Of a DNA stretch of 32,000 nucleotides, positions 19,677 through 27,033 are shown piece after piece; within the stretch, counting starts at the first letter, position 1; every line of letters starts with the position of its first letter. Position numbers and translations under genes: made by a program. Where the stretch lies: assembly GCA_002952755.1 (NCBI GenBank), contig CP025011.1, positions 480,001-512,000 of the forward strand. Direction: 5' to 3'. This stretch comes from Candidatus Saccharimonadota bacterium (GTDB taxonomy: Bacteria; Patescibacteriota; Saccharimonadia; Saccharimonadales; UBA4665). The notes under the pieces were generated by a model. That model made no database searches. It was not told where the DNA came from and saw only the letters and a list, made by a program, of their open reading frames with translations.

Positions 19677-21158
19677 ATGGACCCCTTACAAAAGCCTTCA
19701 ACGACAAACGAACCTGAAGAGCAGCTGCACGAAAAGGCAGGCGAGCCGCAGTCAGATAACCAGACGATGAGTACGCAATCTTCAGAAAGCGAGTTTACGC
19801 CTGCTGGAGCAGGTGATGCTGTCACTGATTCGTCTGTTGGTCCGGCTCCGGAGGCGCCAAGCGCTCCGTCTGTTGCTACTGACGCGCAACTTGCGGATAA
19901 AAGTTCTGACCTGCCGAATACCGACCCGCCTGCATCTGGCGCCAGCACAGGCGACGTAACTGCAGAGAACCCGGGTGCGCCAGAAGGGAGTCCATCATTT
20001 CAGTCATCAGCAACTGTAAACCAGTCTTTTGCTTCTGATGAGACATCGCCGCATGCATCCGCCCCTGATAGTCCACCTCCTGCCTCGCCCGATAGTGTCG
20101 TAATGGGTAGCATGGGGGGCGATGCCACCGTGATGGGTGCTGCCGCGGTAAGGGCTGGCAAGAAGAGTAGAAGGCGTTTACTGGCTTTTGTTGCTCTAGG
20201 TGCTGTACTCCTACTGCTGGCTGGTGGCGCCTCGGCGCTCTACTATGTCATGAATAAGCCGCAGAATGTGCTCGATATGGCACTTTCCAACGCCTTTTCT
20301 GATAAGACCAAAACAGCGGCCTTTGACGGCGAAATAGTGGGCACTGATGCAAATAAAAAGCAGGCCGGCAAGCTTACTTATAACGGTGCATTCGGCCAAG
20401 CCGGCGCGCTGACAGTCAGCGCCAAGCTCGACGCCGTTGTCACGAACGTCAACTTCGATATACGTAGTGTAGACGGCAGCTCTTATTTTGTACGTGTCGG
20501 CGGGCTGGAGGGCTTGCCGCAACTACTGAGTACTAGTGAAGCTAAACAGCTCGCTCCGCTAGTAAGCACCGTGAATAATCAGTGGTTCGAGATCAACCAG
20601 AGCCTCATTAAGCAGTTCACCGGTAGTGAAGTATCTACCAAGTTGAGCGATAGCGACCGCACTAAGATGGTGAACGCCTATAAGCAACATAGATTCTTAG
20701 TGGCCAAGCAAAGTTTCGTCGATCAGGACATTCTGGGCAAGGCTGCGCACCACTATCGGGTCGCCGTCGATAAGACGAAATTGAAGGCCTTCTATGCTGC
20801 GCTTAAGAACGCTAACTTAGACACTACGAAAATAACCAGCGACCAGCTAAGCGCCTTCGACACGACAATTGATGACTCAAAAATCGATACCTATTTGGTA
20901 GACGTCTGGATTGACAAAGGCGACCGTTTATTCCGACAAGTAGCCTATACCAAAACTGAGTCTGATGGCAGCAGTACTAGCCTCCGCTTCACTGTTGATA
21001 GCTACAATCAACCGCTGAACGTAGAAAAACCAGCAGGGTCCAAGTCGCTGCTTGACGTGCTAGGTCAATTTGTGGGCAATGACAGCATCGACACCTTGAA
21101 GCCGATAAACGACAACAATATTAACATGTTCAATCTTCCTTCGGGTATTTCGCTTTAA
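19677..21158 (+). CDS. membrane-anchored extracytoplasmic protein with ~170-aa acidic Pro/Ser/Ala-rich N-terminal region (493 aa)
   Basis: The N-terminus is low-complexity, followed by KKSRRR and a TM (LLAFVALGAVLLLLAGGASALYYV). The ~300-aa domain after it aligns loosely by eye with the 18629 protein. Confidence 0.7.
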   Translation: MDPLQKPSTTNEPEEQLHEKAGEPQSDNQTMSTQSSESEFTPAGAGDAVTDSSVGPAPEAPSAPSVATDAQLADKSSDLPNTDPPASGASTGDVTAENPGAPEGSPSFQSSATVNQSFASDETSPHASAPDSPPPASPDSVVMGSMGGDATVMGAAAVRAGKKSRRRLLAFVALGAVLLLLAGGASALYYVMNKPQNVLDMALSNAFSDKTKTAAFDGEIVGTDANKKQAGKLTYNGAFGQAGALTVSAKLDAVVTNVNFDIRSVDGSSYFVRVGGLEGLPQLLSTSEAKQLAPLVSTVNNQWFEINQSLIKQFTGSEVSTKLSDSDRTKMVNAYKQHRFLVAKQSFVDQDILGKAAHHYRVAVDKTKLKAFYAALKNANLDTTKITSDQLSAFDTTIDDSKIDTYLVDVWIDKGDRLFRQVAYTKTESDGSSTSLRFTVDSYNQPLNVEKPAGSKSLLDVLGQFVGNDSIDTLKPINDNNINMFNLPSGISL

Positions 21159-21188
21159 CTAATCGTCCCTGCGGTATAATAAACGGTA

Positions 21189-21941
21189 ATGCAAGTTGTA
21201 GTTGACGGGCTGCTAACTAATTACGAGTCGCTTGGCTCCGGTAAGCCTATACTCTTATTGCATGGTTGGGGGGACAGCTCTAAGGGCTTGCGCTCACTCC
21301 AGAAAACACTGAGCGTATCGGCCCGTGTTATCGCGCTGGATCTACCGGGCTTTGGGGGTAGTGAATCTCCAAGATCCGCGTGGGGATTGGATGAATATGC
21401 CCAGTTTATCGCGCATTTTCTTACCAAGATCGAGGCGCCTCACCTTTCGGCAGTATTCGGACACAGCAATGGCGGTGCAATCGCTATCCGGGGTTTAGGC
21501 CGTGGCTGGTTACAGGCCGACAAGCTTATACTGCTGGCAAGCGCCGGTGTACGCGACACAGACAAGGGCCGACTCAAAATTATGCGCTATGCGACCAAAG
21601 CAGGGAAAGTATTGGCGTCCCCCTTACCTAAGAGGACGCAGCAACGACTGCGCCAAAAACTATATACCCGCGTTGGCTCCGATATGCTCGTTGCCGAGCA
21701 CCTGCAAGAGAGTTTTAAACGCGTGGTCGCAGACGATGTGCAAGCAGATGCCAAAACCCTCACACTTCCTACGCTGATCATATACGGCGAGCAGGATCAG
21801 GACACACCTGCTGTGTACGGCATGGCGTTTCATGAAGCGATTGACGGATCGACACTTGAAATCTTGCCCGATGCCGGCCATTTTGTACATCTTGACCAAC
21901 CTCAAAGAGTGGAACGTAGCATCAAGGATTTCTTAGTATGA
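21189..21941 (+). CDS. alpha/beta-fold hydrolase
   Basis: 250 aa. HG oxyanion motif LLLHGWGDSS, nucleophile elbow GHSNGG and C-terminal DAGHF (catalytic His). The stop overlaps the next ATG (ATGA). Confidence 0.8.
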   Translation: MQVVVDGLLTNYESLGSGKPILLLHGWGDSSKGLRSLQKTLSVSARVIALDLPGFGGSESPRSAWGLDEYAQFIAHFLTKIEAPHLSAVFGHSNGGAIAIRGLGRGWLQADKLILLASAGVRDTDKGRLKIMRYATKAGKVLASPLPKRTQQRLRQKLYTRVGSDMLVAEHLQESFKRVVADDVQADAKTLTLPTLIIYGEQDQDTPAVYGMAFHEAIDGSTLEILPDAGHFVHLDQPQRVERSIKDFLV

Positions 21942-23380
21942 TCCGAGAATTGCTCAGTTTTTATTCCTGGCGAATGCCCACAGTGCTCGCTTACATGTTG
22001 CAAAATACCGAATATCACCCAGGAACGTATCTGGCATGGTTCTGGCGTACGACCCGATTCGATAAGGTATTGTATCGCCGCGAGCTTGTGCCCACGAAAG
22101 CAGCACGTCTTTTACAACTGGCGCTACGCGTAGGCATGTTGCTGCAGATAGCGGCCGGGGTTGGGCTTGTCGTATGGTGGCGACATGATGCAGCCTCCGG
22201 GGGATTGGCATTTGGTTTGGCGCTACTGCTGGCTTATCCGATTGTGTGGGCTCATTTGGTAGTGGTGCCGCTCTTTTTGGGCAGGTGGCTAATCGTGCAG
22301 CCCCGTCAGCGCCAGGCCATTGAGACTTCGGGCAAAATTTTTGCTGCGTTCAAAGGCGAAAAGATCGCCGTAACCGGTAGCTACGGCAAAACGAGCATGA
22401 AGGAACTACTGTACACAGTGCTGAGCGAGGGCAAGAAGGTGGCTGCTACCCCCGGTAACAAAAACGTTTCTATTTCGCACGCTACTTTTGCGCGCCAACT
22501 CGATGGTGACGAAGATATTCTTATTATTGAATATGGTGAGGGTGAACCGGGCGACGTGGCACGTTTTGCAGGCATTACCAAGCCAACCCGTGCAGTTATC
22601 ACTGGGGTTGCGCCCGTTCATTTAGATAGGTACAAGACATTGGAGCGGGCGGCAGTAGATATTTTTTCGGTATCCAACGCCGCTAAACCGGAGCACATAT
22701 ATGTAAATGGTGAGTCGCCCGATGCCTTGCCCTACGTCCAGCCGGGACAACAATTGTATAGCCAAAAGAATGCCTTAGGCTGGAAGGTTAGTGGTGTTAA
22801 GGTTGGTTTAGACGGTACGCAGTTTGTCATGCAAAAGGGACAGGAAAAAATGGCCTTACACAGCGGATTGCTTGGACGTCACCAGGTGGGCCCGGTGGCA
22901 TTCGCCGCCGCGTTAGCCAGTGAGCTAGGCCTGACACACAAGCAGATCCAGGCCGGGATCTCTAAAACCGTCCCGTATGAGCACCGGATGCAACCATATC
23001 AGGTTGTGCCGGGTGCTTGGGTGATTGATGATACCTATAATGGCAATATTGAGGGCATCCGCGCTGGTACTAGATTACTTCAGGAGCTGTCGGCAAAACG
23101 CAAGATATATGTAACGCCAGGCTTGGTAGATCAAGGTCCGGAATCGGCTGCTATCCATAAGGAAATGGGCCAGCTCATTGCTGTCGCTGAGCCAGATGTT
23201 GTCGTGCTCATGCAGCATACCGTGACAGCTGACATCCAAAGAGGATTGGAGGCGGCTGAATATGCCGGCAAAGTGATTATTGAAACTGACCCCGTATCTT
23301 TTTATACTAACCTCAACTTATTCGTGGCTACCGGCGACCTGGTATTAATGCAAAACGACTGGCCGGATAACTATCATTAG
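21938..23380 (+). CDS. Mur ligase family protein, MurF-like, with transmembrane N-terminus
   Basis: Residues ~55-120 form 2-3 hydrophobic helices. The central domain has the P-loop VTGSYGKTS (22370..22396), PGNKN, and IIEYGEGEPGD...ITKPTRAVITGVAPVHLDRY. The C-terminal domain has DDTYNGN, a MurF-type motif. Confidence 0.8.
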   Translation: MIRELLSFYSWRMPTVLAYMLQNTEYHPGTYLAWFWRTTRFDKVLYRRELVPTKAARLLQLALRVGMLLQIAAGVGLVVWWRHDAASGGLAFGLALLLAYPIVWAHLVVVPLFLGRWLIVQPRQRQAIETSGKIFAAFKGEKIAVTGSYGKTSMKELLYTVLSEGKKVAATPGNKNVSISHATFARQLDGDEDILIIEYGEGEPGDVARFAGITKPTRAVITGVAPVHLDRYKTLERAAVDIFSVSNAAKPEHIYVNGESPDALPYVQPGQQLYSQKNALGWKVSGVKVGLDGTQFVMQKGQEKMALHSGLLGRHQVGPVAFAAALASELGLTHKQIQAGISKTVPYEHRMQPYQVVPGAWVIDDTYNGNIEGIRAGTRLLQELSAKRKIYVTPGLVDQGPESAAIHKEMGQLIAVAEPDVVVLMQHTVTADIQRGLEAAEYAGKVIIETDPVSFYTNLNLFVATGDLVLMQNDWPDNYH

Positions 23381-23552
23381 TTTTGACTTACTGTATTCAG
23401 TCGGACTCGGCACTCTCCCCTGTCGTTCTTGGCTCTATATCTTATTATAGAGGGATAATATCCACCAGTTCCTCAACCCCTCCTCCTAACGCACTACTCC
23501 CTCAACAAACCTCCTCAGTACTTCTTTAACCGCGAATTGCAACCTTCCTAAT

Positions 23553-23579
23553 GCTACTTTTTTCCCGTAAAAAAGTAGC
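23553..23579. repeat. perfect 11-bp A/T-rich hairpin GCTACTTTTTT-cccgt-AAAAAAGTAGC
   Basis: Read directly from the sequence. It lies in a convergent intergenic region. No downstream T-run follows on either strand, so it is not a classical terminator. Confidence 0.6.
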
Positions 23580-23590
23580 CAAAAACCTCT

Positions 23591-23729
23591 CGGCCTAAAA
23601 ATGAAAAAGCCTACTAATAAAAACAGCCAAAACACTGAGCCTGCGGAACTCGCCCTAAGGGGCTCAAACAGTCCTCGGCTTTATCCAGTGTTTTGGCTGT
23701 TTTTATTAATCGGTTTTTCATTACGGCCG
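23591..23729. repeat. long imperfect inverted repeat (~45-nt arms, 23 nt perfect) around a 48-nt centre
   Basis: Left arm cggcctaaaaatgaaaaagcctacTAATAAAAACAGCCAAAACACTG (23591..23637). Right arm CAGTGTTTTGGCTGTTTTTATTAatcggtttttcattacggccg (23686..23729). Confidence 0.75.
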
Positions 23730-23936
23730 AACTACTCGGATATTCAACCCTATAATTGAAAGCTACTCAGTATTTACTACACCAGCTACAATTACCACTC
23801 TATCCTCTCCGACGGGGTTCGGGGCTGGAGTAAAACTGATTCAGAGATCTGGTTTTCTGGTCGTGTAAGAGCGAGGACTATTTGAGTCCTTAAGATGCAC
23901 CATAAAGCACGAGCAGCAGGATTATTTATAAGGGGG

Positions 23937-24476
23937 TTACAATCGATAGTAATCGACGATGGCTTGGGCTGCTTGTTGTTGCGTAAGGGTAGAATTGTTG
24001 AGCACTAAATGCTCCATATCGGGGAATGTAGCAAACGCACCTTCGTTATTATCGGTAAGTTCATGCCAACGTTCGACGGTGTCGATTTTTACGCCTCTAC
24101 GGTTCTCGCTTAATACGCGGGTTTTTAGTACTTCTTGGGAAGGTAGTAGTTGTACTAGGCAAGGTTTTCCATTACTTCTGCTTACAGACTGTATAATGTC
24201 GCGCATGAAGTCGAACATACCGGCAGACAACGGCGCAAAGGTAATAATAAGATTTATATCTGCTTCGGCAGCAGCTTCTACGAGGTCGATGCGTATCTTG
24301 CGGCCCAGCTTGCTGCGCCAGGGGTGCAGACGGGCATCAGAACGGGGAAATACTTCTTCTAGAAAATCAGTCGCCTTATGGTTATCTACCAGTTTATATC
24401 CTGTTATAGCGGCAAGCTCGGTAGCTACCGTCAATTTACCGGCAGCAGGAGGCCCATATATAAAAATCAGTTTCAT
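23937..24476 (-). CDS. P-loop NTPase, small kinase-like (AAA_33-type) protein
   Basis: 179 aa. Walker A IYGPPAAGKLT at the N-terminus. The opposite-strand ORF 23959..24495 is a shadow with no motifs. Confidence 0.7.
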   Translation of the reverse strand: MKLIFIYGPPAAGKLTVATELAAITGYKLVDNHKATDFLEEVFPRSDARLHPWRSKLGRKIRIDLVEAAAEADINLIITFAPLSAGMFDFMRDIIQSVSRSNGKPCLVQLLPSQEVLKTRVLSENRRGVKIDTVERWHELTDNNEGAFATFPDMEHLVLNNSTLTQQQAAQAIVDYYRL

Positions 24477-24598
24477 GAGCTTATTATACAGATAAGGTGC
24501 GTCAAGGTCTGGCTATTAAATCCGGGCTAAGATTAAGCCCATACTCGTTATAGGATTGCGCATTGTAATTGCATAAGTGGCTTGTTAGCCTAAGAAGT

Positions 24599-25762
24599 AT
24601 GAAAACAGTCGCAGTTATTTTTGGTGGCCGCTCGGCCGAGCACGACGTGTCAATCGTCACAGCTATAAGTAGTATTATTAAGCCGCTCGAGCTGAGCAAG
24701 CAATATCATGTAGAGGCAGTGTATGTTGCCAAAAATGGTGCATGGTTTTGGGATAATAAACTCAAAGACATTAAACTCTTTAGTTCTGGCGCTATCGAGC
24801 AATTCATTGCCCGCACGCAACCTGCAAGCGTGCAATTCGACAGCGGCCTGACGCTGTCTCGGGGGCGTGGGCTCACGGGGCGCACGCAACGCAAAAAGAT
24901 CGACATTGTGTTTCCGAGTATGCACGGCACTTACGGCGAAGACGGGGCGCTGATGGGCCTCCTGGATATGAGTGGGGTTCCATATGTGGGCTGTAGCCTC
25001 GAAACAGCGGCAATCGCTATGGATAAGGTCTTGTCTAAACAAGTTGCCGCTGCAAACAATATTCCTGTCAGTAAGTTTTTGAGTTTTACGAGCCGGGAAT
25101 TCGCACATAAGCAGTCGGCGGTCCTTGAGCGTATTACTAATACGCTCAAATATCCCTTATTCATCAAGCCGGCCCATCTCGGTTCCAGCATTGGCATCTC
25201 CCGCGCAACGACTGAGACCGAGCTACGTAATGGCTTGGAAGTAGCTGCTCGATACGACGACAAGATTATCGTTGAAGAAGCGGTGCAGAACCTTATTGAA
25301 GTAACGCTGCCCATTATTGGCAACGATGAGCTGACGCCTGCATATCTAGAAGAGCCTCTCGTAAGTGCCGAAGATTTCTTCGATTTTGACACTAAGTATA
25401 TCCGCGGCGGCGGCAAAAAGACGGGCGGCGGCAAAAAAGGCGCCCAAGGGTATAGCACGATTCCGGCTCATATCCCCAAGGATCTGTATCAGAAAGCTGA
25501 AGCGTTAGGCCTCTCTGTATATCGCGCCTTAGGGTGCTCGGGCATTGCCCGCATCGACATGCTTATAGATAGTAAAACCAAAGAAGTCTATTTTAACGAG
25601 GCTAATCCTATGCCGGGCAGTCTTTACGCCCACAACTGGCGCCAAAAAGGCATCAGTACTATGGAACTTACCCTCCGCCTTATACAGCTAGCCGAAGCCC
25701 GTCACCGGGCCCGCCAAGCGTTTACCACCGTCTTCAATACGAACTTCTTAAAACAATTTTAA
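24599..25762 (+). CDS. ddl: D-alanine--D-alanine ligase
   Basis: MKTVAVIFGGRSAEHDVS, PSMHGTYGEDGALMGLLDMSGVPYVG, FIKPAHLGSSIGISRA, the K-Y of the omega loop, and ARIDMLID...VYFNEANPMPG. I chose ATG 24599 because it matches the canonical Ddl N-terminus. Confidence 0.9.
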   Translation: MKTVAVIFGGRSAEHDVSIVTAISSIIKPLELSKQYHVEAVYVAKNGAWFWDNKLKDIKLFSSGAIEQFIARTQPASVQFDSGLTLSRGRGLTGRTQRKKIDIVFPSMHGTYGEDGALMGLLDMSGVPYVGCSLETAAIAMDKVLSKQVAAANNIPVSKFLSFTSREFAHKQSAVLERITNTLKYPLFIKPAHLGSSIGISRATTETELRNGLEVAARYDDKIIVEEAVQNLIEVTLPIIGNDELTPAYLEEPLVSAEDFFDFDTKYIRGGGKKTGGGKKGAQGYSTIPAHIPKDLYQKAEALGLSVYRALGCSGIARIDMLIDSKTKEVYFNEANPMPGSLYAHNWRQKGISTMELTLRLIQLAEARHRARQAFTTVFNTNFLKQF

Positions 25763-25810
25763 CAAGAGTCTTCTTATCGTCTTATGGTTTGCTGCGGCCG
25801 ATTACGGCAG

Positions 25811-26812
25811 TCATTGAGTCGTAAAATAGCTCGCCCAAATTCTCTTTGGATCATCAATAAGAGATTTTTGTTTCTTCCTAACCCGGATAACCAGGTTCAT
25901 CGTAATGTTATCCACTACGATAGTACTCTGGTTGCTTCGCGTTAAAGCGTCAAATCTTTGTGCATCGGCTGGCGATGCACAAAGCAGACCATGAGGCATG
26001 TTTATGCGATCGTGCGTACCCACGCGGATCATGTTTTGATCACAAATATAAGCTAACAATTGTTTAGTAGTCTGCGCCGCCTCGCGCCAGATGTCCAACA
26101 TGTCTATAGACAAGGGAAGGCACTTATTTTTGGAACCGCCACTTCCTATAGATGTGGTAATCGCGATAAGCCATACATTCTTCTTGGGTGATGTAGTTTG
26201 CTCAGGTATGAATATACATCCGGGAGCATGCTTATTTTTGTTGTGCAGTAGCCTAAACGATGCATCCAACCTATATATGGCTTGAAAAAACTTACCTGCC
26301 ATAAGGACTTCTCTGTCTAAAACCTGTTTGACGAACCCTCTATCTTTCGGTTCCAAGTCCCGATACCATTTTTTCCTATAGAATCCATTAATACCAGATG
26401 CGCGCGCATAGAGCGACCGCTTTTGTTGTAACGTTAAATGTTTATGCTTATTGCTTCCCCTGTGAAAAAAGTTCTGAGATGCTTCTTTATCTCCAGAAAT
26501 CAGTTCCTCCAGTTGTTTGATATTGCCGCTGGAGTTGACCAATAACACGGCAAGATCGTCAAATAATTCTAGAATCTGTCCCATGTAGTCAATGTATTTC
26601 CAAACCGTACTATGTTGGAGCGATCCGTCCGCCGCGCTATCTATGGCATTTCGGATTTCTCTGTCGGTTTCGTCTATGGAAGCAATTTTGTTATGCAAGA
26701 ATTGCAGGTAACACTGCGTGTATATAAGCGCACCAGGTAAAAATTTTTTGATAAATTCTGCTTCTGGCATACCTTTCTCGCTTTTATAGTCTGATATTTT
26801 CGGTGTGGCCAT
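25811..26812 (-). CDS. hypothetical protein (333 aa), low-GC orphan
   Basis: Clean ORF. The ORF maximum starts at GTG 26845. ATG 26812 lies 6 nt downstream of a minus-strand TATAAT (26824..26819). No domain recognised. Confidence 0.6.
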   Translation of the reverse strand: MATPKISDYKSEKGMPEAEFIKKFLPGALIYTQCYLQFLHNKIASIDETDREIRNAIDSAADGSLQHSTVWKYIDYMGQILELFDDLAVLLVNSSGNIKQLEELISGDKEASQNFFHRGSNKHKHLTLQQKRSLYARASGINGFYRKKWYRDLEPKDRGFVKQVLDREVLMAGKFFQAIYRLDASFRLLHNKNKHAPGCIFIPEQTTSPKKNVWLIAITTSIGSGGSKNKCLPLSIDMLDIWREAAQTTKQLLAYICDQNMIRVGTHDRINMPHGLLCASPADAQRFDALTRSNQSTIVVDNITMNLVIRVRKKQKSLIDDPKRIWASYFTTQ

Positions 26813-27033
26813 GTGTTTATTATAGAGGGATCGGTACCGATTCACTGTATGGCGAAAGTCAGCTTACTACCCCTAACATTCGAGTAGATAAATGGAGATA
26901 TGCTATACTGCAAAATAATATGAGCAAAGTCCCGAGTAATTTGCTACGACTCCTTGCCCGCTAGGGCGTTTTTCTTTTTACCGATTTTTAGCAACAAACA
27001 GCAGATATAGCAGATACCTGATAGGATAGAAGC

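Noticed and set aside
23601-23759. A 52-aa ORF (MKKPTNKNSQNTEPAELALRGSNSPRLYPVFWLFLLIGFSLRPNYSDIQPYN) with a hydrophobic segment, lying in the 556-bp intergenic region.
   Set aside because: It has no Shine-Dalgarno. The ORF is generated by the inverted repeat itself, since the opposite strand gives a mirror-image ATGAAAAA... mini-ORF. It is below any length at which composition is informative, so I mention it only as something Ribo-seq could test.
26437-26463. An R-x4-H (RGSNKH) HEPN-like motif, plus a second NKNKH stretch, in the low-GC orphan protein. This would hint at an RNase-type defence protein.
   Set aside because: A six-residue pattern occurs frequently by chance in Lys/His/Asn-rich sequence. 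The second site does not fit R-x4-6-H, and no surrounding HEPN helices can be judged by eye.
26846-27033. A T-box leader or attenuator upstream of leuS. A small hairpin GCCC-gcta-GGGC followed by GTTTTTCTTTTT lies at about 26957..26980.
   Set aside because: The region has no T-box sequence (AGGGUGGNACCGCG-like) and no specifier-loop architecture. The stem is only 4 bp, too weak to call a terminator or attenuator.
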